Position numbers and translations under genes: made by a program. A stretch of DNA of 61,228 bases, the filler included, from Platydemus manokwari (Eukaryota), in the NCBI GenBank assembly GCA_037951405.1. It is 5 parts of 5 records of this genome, joined end to end, with 100 filler letters (N's around TTAATTAATTAA, not from the genome) between each part and the next. Parts side by side here need not be neighbours in the genome. Positions count along the whole stretch, not along the records: positions 36,937 to 46,820 come from JBBMOY011192544.1; positions 46,921 to 61,228 come from JBBMOY011485861.1; 3 more parts are not named here. One strand, 5' to 3'. Numbering within the stretch: the stretch's first letter is position 1; each line of letters opens with the position of its first letter. Below the pieces are notes generated by a model that made no database searches, was not told the origin of the DNA, and saw only the letters and a program-made list of their open reading frames with translations. Positions 39,765 to 52,245 of the stretch are shown here, in pieces.

Positions 39765-41777
39765 CTGTACATGATAAAATATAAAATACACTTTTCTGGT
39801 ATCCTTGGTTGAATGATAAAATGAATTCTATTTCTATAATTGCACATGTTTTGTTTGAATGAAATGTTTTCACAAATTGAGAAATAAAAATTATGAGACT
39901 GTGGGTAAGCACAATAAAATGGTATGAACTCAAATCTGTTCCAATCGTTAAACAATATCTTTACATAATTCGACACTTAAACATTGTATTATTGATAGCA
40001 TTGGTGATGGGTTTCCACGAAATAGTTGTAGGGTTTCTGTTAATTCAACGGTTTAAAAATGGTTTTCATTAAAACCACCGTGAGATGGAATTCTATAAAA
40101 AATTTTCAGTTTAAAATTGATCCTTTAGTTGAAATCAAAATGCGCCAATCAAAATAACCATACTCATATTGATCCATTCGAAACTTACAATAATTTTAAG
40201 AGGAGAACGAATATCGATTCGAGAACAATCGAATTCTTTAAGACATCGTTTTATTTGTATGGATATGAATATGCTTATTAATGCTCATATCGATTAATAT
40301 TTTGTCATTTAAAAAAAACTTCTTTATACGCAAATAATATAGTTGATCTTTCCCGTACCATGGTCACACATTTTTAATATCTTAATATTTTATAATTATT
40401 TAACATTTACAAATTGTTGTTTCATAGAATTTTTCAAAAGATTTTATAGATTTTAGATATCAACAGATGAGACCTTTGTCAAAAAGACCTTGTTGCAAAC
40501 AATGTATTTTGCACATAAAATTAACAGAATCATAAAAACAAAAATAAAATCAGACAAAATCACAAAATCTAGATAATCATTCCATCAGTGAATATCTGCT
40601 TAGTAGTTTTCCTCATTAAATCACCGAGGAGGCAACTTTTATAATCTATTAGTTTTGCGGTTTGTAGCAATATAATTATCATGATAATATTATCCAATAT
40701 TATTAACAGTTGTGTTATAATAAGATGATTATGTGAAGATTAGAGTGTTATGTAATATTAAAATTATCTGTATGGGGTTGTAATGCGATTACATGTTGGG
40801 ATATTATATAATTATTATAATATTAGAGTTGGGTAGTATTAAACATCTTCGTCCATATCCACTTATTAATAGGACTCGTACAGTACTCGAATCAATTCTG
40901 CATTCTACAAAGTATTACATACAATATGAAATAAATTCCAACTAAAGACAAATCCAGAAATCCTTTGAATTTTTTCAACACTAAAACCTCTATAGTTGAT
41001 TACAAGGACTGCGAATTCATTAATAACTCTAGATTCGCATGATATTTTTTGTTTTATTAAAAAAAATACGTACTGAATTACAAGGTACAGTAACAGAATA
41101 ATTGGAAGTTTTCACGAAAATAAATTTAATAACAATTCATTATAAAATAAAATTTTAATGACCAGCATATTTTTGATTCCAAACAATAGTTTTCGTACTT
41201 CTGGCAAAGATTTTATCTCATAATCAGTTAATTTCGAAATTAATTTTTAAATACCGGCCTTTCCCTGCAATGACAACAGATTATGAGAGGATAATATTTG
41301 TGACTAATGGGGAATTTTAAAATTATTTTGTTTTAATATCGACGAGTAAAACACTGGTATGCTCAATAATTTAGGAATAAATTATGATTTTATGTATTTT
41401 AACAATTAACTGATATGGTTAAGAATCAATTCAACGAACCGTCATATTTTGCATCTTAATTCAGCAACAACAAGGCTGAAACAATATAATATATACTACT
41501 ATAAAATCTATTGGTACTCGCATCAATAAAATATATTAGCACATGATTTGTTAAATAAAAATTTGAAACAAATTTATGCAAAATAAATAAATACATTAAT
41601 AATAAATTGAGAATTTGATTAGTTATCTTCTCACTTTCAGTTTGTCTGAATAAGTAAGACCAAATTTAGTGCTTTAAAATCATTCATCAAGTTCAGTTAA
41701 CTCAAGAACTGAATTACATTTTCTCTAAGGATTTGTTGAATCAAAATATCAAGTTAAAAAACTGTAGTATGTAATTT

Positions 41778-42290
41778 GGTTAAAGTTCAGAAAAAGATGC
41801 TAAAACAAAATTTTTAATTTGAGTAAAAATCTATATAGTTTATTTAATTATATTCGTTAAAAACATTTTGAATTTTTATTGAAGTACTCAAGATGAATTT
41901 TACTTGTTTGAAATCAAATATTAAATATACCAGAGCATCAAAATCTGCTAAAATTTGATTATTTAAAAAATGAAAAAAGTAGGTCGAATTGCAATTTATT
42001 GAAAATTAAGGAGGACTCCTTCTTTAACATTAGAAGTAAATTGAAAGATATTTTCAATGTTTACAATTATTTTATAAAAATAACCAATGATACTATTAAA
42101 CATGTCTGTAATTAACTAACTCGATTTATAATTATAAAATTACAATTTAGAAACTCAAATAATTTTATAGAAGTGTTATGATTAGAATGAGAACTAGGCT
42201 TTAAAACTATGTTTTGTCATTATTAGACATCTTTTAAAATGAGATATTAACTGAATTATAGGTATAAATCAAACATTATTATTATCCTTA
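41778..42290 (+). repeat. Unclassified interspersed repeat, family R copy 2
   Basis: ~500-bp collinear match to 57151-57635. Confidence 0.82.
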
Positions 42291-42372
42291 AAAATTAATT
42301 TAGTTTATAATTTATTGGAATTCGAGAAAGTCTAAAACGGTAATAAATAATAATGGTCAGATTAAAAAGAGG

Positions 42373-42790
42373 TGTATTACAGAAGGAAAAAAAATTTGCA
42401 CATTTGAAGCCTTGTTAAATATTTGCATTCCTATAAAATAATAAAGGCATGGTAATCAACCAATCACAACTTATGTAATGGAAGAAGACTATTGACATGA
42501 ACACACACATAAGAAATGACCAATCGGGCAGATACAAATACCAATAAACCAAATAGAAACATGAATAAGTAAAGATCAAATCAAAATGTGATACAAATAT
42601 GACCCATAAAATTAAACACAGATATCGAGTATAAATAACGATGTAAAGATGGCCATCAGCCTGTTGGAATGTAAGATTAGGTAATGTTTTGTGATACTTT
42701 TTGTGTGCTATTGATTAGTACGTGAGTTAGAAACAAAGCCTGGAACTTTCAATTTTTTATTTAGTAATTCTGCTGCTACTCAGAATCCAG
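42373..42790 (+). mobile_element. LTR-like repeat, family A copy 2 (partial)
   Basis: Collinear similarity to ~19620-20060. Confidence 0.5.
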
Positions 42791-44904
42791 AATCTATTAA
42801 GTTGATCGAAAAAAATTATTTGATAATTAGCAAATATTTTGATAATTCAGAGAAAAAGCAAATCAGGTTGATACTGTTCCACAATGACATATCTATCAAA
42901 TGGTGTTTAAAGACGTTTATGAATTGGCTTATGAGTAACTATCAAAACACTCGTTTTTAATTGATAATATGACAAAATTCATACAGAAGATGTCCGGAAT
43001 TGTTTAAAATTTGCAATCAGTTTAATAAAACAATAACCATATCAATGCTCTTCATTATGTCAATCGATGGGAGTAGTCTTCATTACTATGTTCAACATTT
43101 TTGGCAATTACGCCAAGATGAAGATAAACGATTTCAAATCATTTATGACATAAGATTTTTTTTATATATTTCAAAAACTTCGATATGCATCCAAAGTCTG
43201 GTTGTCATAGTTATAGCTTACAATATATTCTAACATTAAATAAATTTTTCAATTCCAGACTGCATTGGTCTCATTTTAAAATGACACAAGTAAAAAGTAA
43301 ACAAATTTCCGTGGTAATTATCATTAGATTCCAATAATTTAAACTAATTAATTTCTTCATTAAAACTAATTTGTTTTTTTTATTTTCTTATTTATTGTCT
43401 TAGCATTTCATGCAATTTTTAAAGCAAATAATATAAAAACGTCATGGTAACGAAAAAATTACTACAGAACTCATAGCCATAAATATGTTTAGATTTATTT
43501 TGGAAAATAAAAATATTCCTTTTACATTGAAACTACAGCGGTATATAAATGCGACACATTTCCCCAACTAAAATTTTAAAACTGCATTTGATCATGTTGA
43601 TAATTTATTGATTTTGTGTACTCGGTTATTTCAAAAAGAAAAATTTTGAGAAATCAAACAATAAATTTAAACTCATTCAGAAAAAAGATTATTAATTTTT
43701 GCTATATTTCTGCCTTGCATTTTTGATTGTTTTAATGGAGTTATGAGTTGAATATTAATGTGTCGACATTGAAACATTAAAACAAGAAAATTAAAATTTT
43801 TATCTACATATTTATCTGAAGGAAATTTATTAATCAATAACAAAACAAATCGACAAATAGAAAACGAACGAACTATATTAGCATTATATCATAACATAAT
43901 CTGGGTCGTTCATTTCAAAGAATTACACTGGATCAAGCTTAGATATAGAGATGCAATAAGTAGGTCAAAAAACAAAGTTAATCAAGAATTCTAGTGACCA
44001 CATAATATTTAAAATAATTACTAAATCACTCTATGATTACGCTACATTGTTAGTTTAAAATTTTCATCATAAGTTGCTAATAGTTGGGCTTGAATTGACC
44101 CCTTATTTTGAAATTCGACTGTGTATGAATTACCAATCTTTATATTCCTTCAGTCTTTAAATTTATGATAATTTGACATTGCCTTTTGCATCAATAGCTT
44201 CATAGATCAACAATTTTTCGACTGTCTGAGAGTGCTGTAGATGTTTTGTGTATTCCGTAAATTGTTCAAAACAATATTTATCATTATTGAGCCTCTTGAA
44301 CTCGAGACATTTTTTATAATATGTATTTGCGTTATTCTGAATTGAAGAACAAGTTGACTTGCTTGGGTAGATCGTAATTTCGAGATAATTAAGAAGTTTT
44401 TAGTAGACTTCTCTTAAGAGCGAATGATGGTTCAAATTTCTGCATTCCGATAAGGCCAAATTTATAATTCATTATTCCAGATCCAACGCTGTCTAATTTA
44501 TGACTTATTTTAATACTAAACCGTTAATTTTTTCTCCAACCTTCAAAGCTTAATTTTGCGTTTTTAATTTTTATTTTACAGTGTTAATTTTCATTGATTT
44601 TGATTGTGAAATGTAAATGTCATCACTTTATAGCGATTATTTTTATTTGGGTAAAATTATTTTTATTTGAAATGTAAAATTAGAAAAAAGCTCGAAATTC
44701 GACGAAATATTTTAAATATTATGATTAAAAGAATAAATAATCAAATAAAAAAAATCGATATGAGAAAATTTAGGAAAAAAAGCAAAAATCTAAAATCGAT
44801 TAATGAAAATTAAATTAAATTTTTCTAAAACGTATAAAATACTACTAAAAAAATAACCATAAAATCTCACAAAATCACGTCTTATGTTTTTCATTAAAAT
44901 CCTA

Positions 44905-45677
44905 CCTTTATACAGGTGATCCAACAATGACGCTTACAATTCCTAAATTTCTTAATTTTTTAACAAATAATAAAATGAATCGTAAGAAAATAGAACAACG
45001 AAAAACAATGAGACAATGATCTTTGAGATGGTGAATATATTTCATTTTCTATCATCGTTTTCAGATGATCTCAAATTTCTCATGATTCCAATAATACCAC
45101 CATAAACATATCCAAAAAATAAGATCGGTAGAAAATAACCTGTAAAAAACCAAATGAGCCCGTAGAAAATGTAAAATCTATCGATCGATAGCGAATTCAA
45201 ACTACCAACGTGTTGGCAAGAATCATGCATATAAATCATTTGCAAAGCAGCTGGAATGCTTATAATCGATGAAACGCTTCACGTATCGATATATCAATGT
45301 ATGAACCAATCAAAATATATTTCTGTTTTACTCGATAAATCAATGGTTTAACCATCACGATATATCGATCACACCCAATACATACAAGATTATGAACAGA
45401 CATCAGAACTGTGTGCCAATATACCCACTCTGATTTCCATTTTTTGACAAAGAATTATATTATTAATGACAAAATGTATTTTGATTTTTGGATCAGGTAT
45501 AACATTTGGCAAAAAATTTAAAAATGCTGAAGCGTAGTCTATTGAATATTGATGGATTACTAAGCTGGTAGCCACAGGAGATTTAAACGGAGGAAAGAAT
45601 GATGCCAGTACAAATGAAATATTTATAATCAAACACAAGAAAGAGAAGATAATCTCAATAAATTCTAGTGAGGTCAT
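44905..45677 (-). pseudogene. Intronless rhodopsin-like (class A) orphan GPCR pseudogene
   Basis: Stitched frames: MTSLEFIEIIFSFLCLIINISF...HQYSID (TM1-2), LCQKWKSEWVYWHTVLMSVHNLVCIGCDRYIVMVKP (TM3, DRY), WFFTGYFLPILFFGYVYGGI (TM5), FTISKIIVSLFFVVLFSYDSFYYLL (TM6). At least two frameshifts, an in-frame TGA at 45042-45044, and TM7 lost. Confidence 0.85.
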
Positions 45678-46757
45678 TTTATGATATAAAATAAATTTTG
45701 CCCGGATAAATTGAAATGATAATTGAAAGATGGGGGAATACAATGGAAAATAAGAAGTAAAAGTATTTATTGATTGAACCATTATTTGAAGAAAATTAAA
45801 ATTTCCTTCTTAATATTTATTTTGCGACATGCAGTGAGCATTGAAAACAACAAAATGATTAAATCACAGATTTTTATTAAAGACAGAAATATAACAAGTG
45901 AAAAAAAAATTTATTATAATTTTTTTCTCTATAAGTTAATGCCTATTTATACAAGGCAAGGCACGGTTCGTTCTAGAATCAAAAAATATTTTTCAATCAA
46001 TTTTTCATTAACAAATCAAATAATAAGTTTTCATGAGTGTCTTGTAGAGTGTTATTAGCATTTAAGTGACACGTAACTCTAAATCCCTTCGTTGCCCGTT
46101 TGTTTGAAATAATGGGAGCGATTAATTTAAACGAGTGACATTATTGGCAATGGGTAAAATCGATTGAGCCACTGTACAGTGGTTCATGATGTGAATTCCG
46201 AATAAGATTACCCCCAGGTTACTACTGCAGTGAATCTTTGATAAATAAATATTTCGTTCTAATCCACGAGTCATTGTGGTGGCGTGATCATCCATTGTTA
46301 ACAAATTCCTTCATTTGCATTTTAAATAATTAGTTAAAAATTTATTAAAATTCCGATGAATGATAAAAGTTAATTAATTTCTTGTTAATTAGATTAATCA
46401 ATAATTTCCTAATGTATTGATAAAGTTTGGGACCAATTGTGCATTTAACTTCTTGGTTTATTTCGATAAATCAAAACTTTCGAGATGTCGATAAAATGCT
46501 ATGATTATTCGATTTTGAATCAATATAAAAACCAATGGCAACCACATATACTGCGATTGACACGGAAGACTAAAATCAGTGTGATCAGATCTTGAATAAA
46601 ATATTTTTCATCGATAAAGTATAATTTTTTAATTCTTTAATTTGATGACAGTCTTTATATAAAAGGTACAAAAAATATGCAATGGCATGTTGGCTTCAAT
46701 AATATTGATATGACGTCTTCAGATTAAATTTATAACTAAAATAGCTTAACAACATAT

Positions 46758-46760
<3 letters not shown>

Positions 46761-46801
<41 letters not shown>
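46761..46801 (+). repeat. (CA)n microsatellite near contig end
   Basis: Directly visible. Confidence 0.97.
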
Positions 46802-46804
<3 letters not shown>

Positions 46805-46820
46805 CACCAAATCTTTTAAC

Positions 46821-46920
46821 NNNNNNNNNNNNNNNNNNNNNNNNNNNNNNNNNNNNNNNNNNNNTTAATTAATTAANNNNNNNNNNNNNNNNNNNNNNNN
46901 NNNNNNNNNNNNNNNNNNNN
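46821..46920. other. Artificial contig-joining linker
   Basis: 44 N + TTAATTAATTAA + 44 N. Confidence 0.97.
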
Positions 46921-48661
46921 TTATGTTGAACATTTTATTAGATTGTTTGGAGGTAAATTTGTATATTTGTGATTAATAAATCATTTACAATTGTTTTGCC
47001 ATTTATATTCAACAGAACGTTAACGATTTAGTTTTAAGGGTAACTTTGTGATTCATAATTCCATTTTCAAACATTCAGTGCTAGTGGATATCTAACCATT
47101 TTGTTTGTTATGTTACCTGTTTTATTATCTTGAAAAATAATGTAAATTTTGACAAAAATTAAAGTAATATCAAAGCAAATAAGTGCAATCACTAAAAATA
47201 ATAAAAGATAAATTCAGAAATGAAATAATGAAATTCAATATAATAAAATAATAGCATAAATAGGTCAAGGAGAAACAATAATTATTATAAAATAAATAAA
47301 GTATTTGTAAGGGAGATTCGTAAATGGAAATGTGGATGTGGTATGTATGAAGTGTGTATGTTGTTTGATTGTATGTTGATTATTGATTGTGCAATCGTTA
47401 GTTGCTACAAACCAATAAACTTCCCAAGACATTATTACATCATCAGTAATAAGATGATGTATATGATATCGTAATTGTGCTAAATAAATCATTCCGTATA
47501 AAACAACTTATTTCTTACAGTATTAATTAATAATGATTAATAGAGAAAAATTAAGAATAGGTAATTTAAGTCAGAGAAAGAAAAATGTAGATGAAATAAA
47601 TATGAGTGAGACTGTTAACAAAAAATACAAAGTGGAAATGGAGCGTATTGTACATAGAGATACAATATTAAAAATACATATCGAAACGTTCAAATATCGG
47701 TTCAACAAATAGTGTATAAAGAGAGGAAATACTACTACAATCACTCATAAAAAATCACTTCGATAATTGTATGTAGAATTAACTGTATTTGCGGATCATT
47801 TAAATAAGATTCATAACTTCGACGAAATTCAGAAACAGTAAACTATTATTCTACATCAGTATTCCAAGATTTCGTCAGAAATTGTAAGACCACTGCCTTA
47901 TCAAAGAATATTAAGAGCCTTCTGTAGACCAAAGGTATAAAAAGCAGTATCTCTTATATTTGATTCACCCGAATCAGAGGCCACAGATTTTTGATGATTT
48001 TTTGTGATCTATTGATTTGTGATTCTTTTACATATTAATCTTTCCAAATATTGGGTGGAATTTGATTGACTAAGTTGCTCTGATCTAGTTCACCACCTTC
48101 TGAAATCCTAATGACTCAAAAGGAGCTGAAAAATATGCATTGCATTTTGTAATGTGATAAGAACAAAGACAGTAAAAATTGTCACCATAGACTTTTGAAA
48201 TACCAAATATTCAAAGAGCAAATCTTGGTGAGTGGAAACGCTGCTTTATGCATTGCGTGCAAAACCGAGATAATCTCACTGTTAATTGGCCTCACCCTTA
48301 TTAGCAAACTTGATCCATCAAACGCGTTATTGAGTATACCAGTTCGATTATGATGACTGATACTTTGAGAATAACGGATAAATGATGAGTTATAAATTTA
48401 TTTTATCTAATAATTTGTTTATTTATATTCTTATAAAGTGAAATAGTTTGATGATATTTTATAGAAAATAAATTGCTTAATTCTAATTTGAATATTCAAA
48501 CAAAAATCAAAGACATCATCGTGTTATTAAAACAATGAATAATAATATCAAACTTTGTATTTTTAAAATTTGAAAAATATGAAATTCAAGTAAAATATTA
48601 AATATTAAAAAAATATATTTATTACCAATTTTTATTTGTTCTATTAATAGATATTTTTAAA

Positions 48662-48988
48662 ATGAAAACACCTTCAGAAATAATAGCCTCACTAGAAAAA
48701 AAGTCTTCTTCAGATGAAAGAAAGAAGATGAATCAAAGTCTTCCTTCATGGATGAAAGAAGTTTCACAAATTAAAAAATCAAAAGAATCGGCAAATGATG
48801 TCGCCAACACATGGAATCTACATTTGAAAACTAATGCCAAAGGAGCTGCTCCGTGGATACAAGAGGTTGTTACAAAAAAGAAACTTCAGGCTCAGAATGA
48901 CGAAAGCATGCCACAGTGGTTGAGTGAGCTCAAACAAAAAAGATCGGAATTAGCAAATTTAATTATACAAAATAATAGAGAAGATTAA
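48662..48988 (+). CDS. Small orphan protein (108 aa) with repeated PxW-x2-E-x3-K motifs
   Basis: ATG in AAAATGA context, 11 nt after a plausible ...ttctattaatAG acceptor; coding-like composition against very AT-rich flanks. Repeats PSWMKEVSQIKK, APWIQEVVTKKK, PQWLSELKQKR. Confidence 0.7.
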   Translation: MKTPSEIIASLEKKSSSDERKKMNQSLPSWMKEVSQIKKSKESANDVANTWNLHLKTNAKGAAPWIQEVVTKKKLQAQNDESMPQWLSELKQKRSELANLIIQNNRED

Positions 48989-49549
48989 AATAGAGAATAT
49001 ATTCTTTTAGTTGAATAATAAATTTATCCAAACATGCTTCTATGTTTAATTTTTTAGACTAGGAAATTTATGGTATACTATATAGCTTTGTACCTATTCC
49101 ATTTCATATGAAATTGGGCTAAAAATGCACAATACGATTAATCAATCTACACATTTTGAATCTCATTTTTCAGTAATTCAATCTAATGATTTTCAAACTA
49201 TTTCAATTTTTATTTGATATTAGAATGCCTTAAATCATGACAGTTTGATACTAAGTCCGAGTTTATCTATGGATAAGAAGGCTCAATTTAAGGGAAATAG
49301 TCAACAATCAAAAATATTGATCACAAAATTAGAATGAATGTGCCCCAATTAATTGACAAATAAATTGATTAAAAGTTTGCAGGAAAATACACAGACGAAT
49401 ATTTTGTAAATTTTCTCTTGTCATTTCTATGACCACGTATAGTTTTAGTTAAATATTACCTTATGCAGCGCAAAACTCTATGAAACCAGGAATTTTTCGG
49501 ACAAATATTATAAAGATAAACCCGATGCGTGTATGTTAATATATTGGTA

Positions 49550-50650
49550 ATTTCCAAATAGTGCTCTTTAAAACATCAGTGCCCATTTAGACCACCGAAA
49601 AGATGTGACAGGAAATTTCGGTACCGTGTTGAATTAAATAGGACGAATGTTCAGGGTTTTGTCCCAACTGGTAGTGTAAACCTTTCATTGTTATCTTGAA
49701 AATTTATTATCGAAATATTTTAACGTTCAATCAGATTCAAGAATAGTATTTCTATACATATTAAATTAAACAGATAAAGCCCAAGCATATCAATATTCTT
49801 AACTCATATTGCATTCATATTACACATATATCTATTCATAAATATTGATAATCGAGATACCTATACATTCAAGTATGAGACGTACATAATTCTTTCCATC
49901 GATCGTTCCATGAATCATAGTAAAGTTAATTTAATCATACAATCGATTTTGTCTACGCCTTTAAATAACTATTGTCTGGGATAACATTTTCCAATATTTT
50001 AAAGCTGCTTTTCATATCCATTTCTAGTTTCTCTAGAACCGTGTTAGTTTTCGGTCATTTATTAGCTGGAGATCCACCTTTAGTTTGGATTCCTTGAATT
50101 GACATTCTTTCTCCACAAGAACTTTTAAGTGCATATTGATGACAATTTCCTTGAAGGATATATCCATTATTTTGTGGTACAGATACAGTACAAAAGAGTA
50201 GGATGATTTGCAGCAAGTGAAAACGTGTGTTTGCGATTCCACTTCGTATGGCATTTCCAGCATGCCTTCCCTTTCACGTACTTTCTTTCAGAATGAGAAG
50301 GGTGTCTGCCATTGCGTTGTGAATGAATTTGAATTCAGCAATAATTATGTGCCCACCAAAAACTACTTTTGATCACATTGAACTAATAACCATGAATAGC
50401 TGTGTTAGTCTCCATTTTCGATTTTATTAATCCAGTTCAATTGGTACAATCGTATAAAACATTGTCTCAGTAGTTTTGGTATTTCCTTGATTCTTTTTTT
50501 GTTCCATAAATTTGAACTATAAATTGTACTGTTTAAATAGAGCATTATATCACCGTTGATAAGAATGTAAGAAATCGTGGTATATATTTTCAAATAAGTC
50601 ACAGTAAATATGCCTCTATTATTATTTTCACAATGCTGATGATCAGGAGA
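49550..50650 (-). mobile_element. Degraded non-LTR retrotransposon ORF2 C-terminal fragment (L1/Tx1-like), copy 2
   Basis: Homologous to 23430-24150. Remnants ILINGDIMLYLNSTIYSSNLW...IKEIPKL (like LSxxGRxxxINSxIxSKLW of L1/Tx1) and GKNYVRLILEC. Boundaries approximate. Confidence 0.5.
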
Positions 50651-51039
50651 GCTCACGATTTACAGCAGTCCGCCGAATTAACCTAATTGCGCGGAAAATG
50701 TTAAATATGAATGTAATTTCATTATTCAAAGCAGATTATTTTTGATCACTTTTTTAACCGATTGTATCATACCATTGATCATTTATTACGTCATTAACTC
50801 TTAAACAGGTAAAGTAAATATTGAATATTTAAGTCGATTTATAGCATTTGAGGTGCATCATGTACTTCACAATCAATTTTAGACGTATTTAAATGTAGTA
50901 TAATAATCTTCTTGAAGTAATTCCAGTTGATATCACTGCTTTATAGTGTGCCTTACAGGACAGACTGCCACGCTTAACATCTATTGCAAAAATTTACAAA
51001 GTTCGTTCTCAAAAAATAGATCAGTGCTGTCATCATCTC

Positions 51040-52245
51040 AATAAGATAATCTGTGATATTATAGCGCCGTTTTTTCAACAAAAAATAAATAAAATTTTTT
51101 AAAATTATTTATTCTCCGCCACAATCGATCACTTTCTTCCACCTTTCTGGAAGTTTGTCAACTCCATGTTTGAAGAAGCTTGGTGATTTTTGGTGGAAAA
51201 CTTCTTCAATCCACGAAGTTATTGCGAGACCAATAAGATGGTTCAGCGTGGAAATCTGTTATGGTAAAGTCATGAAAATATGGAGGCTGGGGAAGGACCA
51301 CCCATCCAAGCTCGTCAATAGCCAACTTTGTCAATGTGGCGACATGACGTCAAGAATTGCCATGCTGTAAAATTATATGCTTCTTATTGGTCCTCTTCGC
51401 TTTTATTGTAGTGCTTAGTCGCTTGAATTGTTCACAATAAAGTACGGCATTGATTTTTTGGTTTCTTGGCAAGATTTTCTAATGAGTAACAGCAACTTGA
51501 TCTCATCAAACGCACAATAAGATATTGCATTGATGAACTTCGGGTTTCTCACGTGATTGTGGTTGATTTTGAGGACGTGCCCAAGCTTTATTGCATTTCA
51601 AATTTACATACAAGCATTATTTCTCATCTCCTGTTACGATCCTGGAAAGGAAAGATTGATGTTGCTACATAGCAGATTGATGGCGAATGAGTAAAGATGC
51701 AGAAATCGAAACACATTGATTTTTGTCACTTTCTCTGAGAAGGTGAGGAACCCATGATCCTAGCTTTTGAACTTCTCCAATTTTCTTGAAATATTAAGAA
51801 ATAGTGATGTGATCACAATCCATGGCTTGTCCAAGCGCTCGTGTCCATTGACGTCGATCATCATGAATCAATTGGTTCAAACAAAATTCGTTAAAGTCAC
51901 TATGTCGACCTGACCGAGGTGCATCGTTAATATCGAAATTTCCACTGTTAAATTTCGAAAACCACTTTTATGCTGTTCGTTCACTGACTGCCTTTTTTCC
52001 ATAAATGCAACAAATCATTCTGGGGGCTTCTGAAGCGTTTAAATGTTGATTAAAATTGAAAGGGAGTATTTGCCGGAAATGTTTATTTTAATCTGCTTGA
52101 CACTCAATTTTAATGAGAGTAATGAAAGTGAAAGCAAGTCTAAAATGATTTCAATAAATAATTCAGCTGAATGAATATAACTCAAATCAGTTAAAACAAG
52201 AAGTTGATGTGTTTTCTTTGCAACAATTTATGCATCAACCCAATA
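51040..52245 (-). mobile_element. Near full-length mariner transposon, transposase pseudogene (~52108-51098)
   Basis: 5' TIR TATTGGGTTGATGCATAAATTGTTGC. Remnants ECQAD*NKHFRQIL, CIYGKKAVSERTA*KWFSKFNSGNFDINDAPRSGR, KVQKLGSWVPH, FPGS/VTGDEK, PERWKKVIDCGGE. Many stops and frameshifts; the other TIR is decayed. Confidence 0.92.

Noticed and set aside
38561-39976. Hydrophobic ORFs (38561-38932, 39164-39412, 39665-39976)
   Set aside because: F/I/L-rich chance ORFs of AT-rich DNA, partly overlapping MITEs.
46400-46570. Minus-strand exon SSVSIAVYVVAIGFILIQ...
   Set aside because: Hits an in-frame TAA, with no donor site or homology.
47900-48360. Possible decayed hAT transposase (FDGSS motif)
   Set aside because: Too degenerate; no TIR or second motif.
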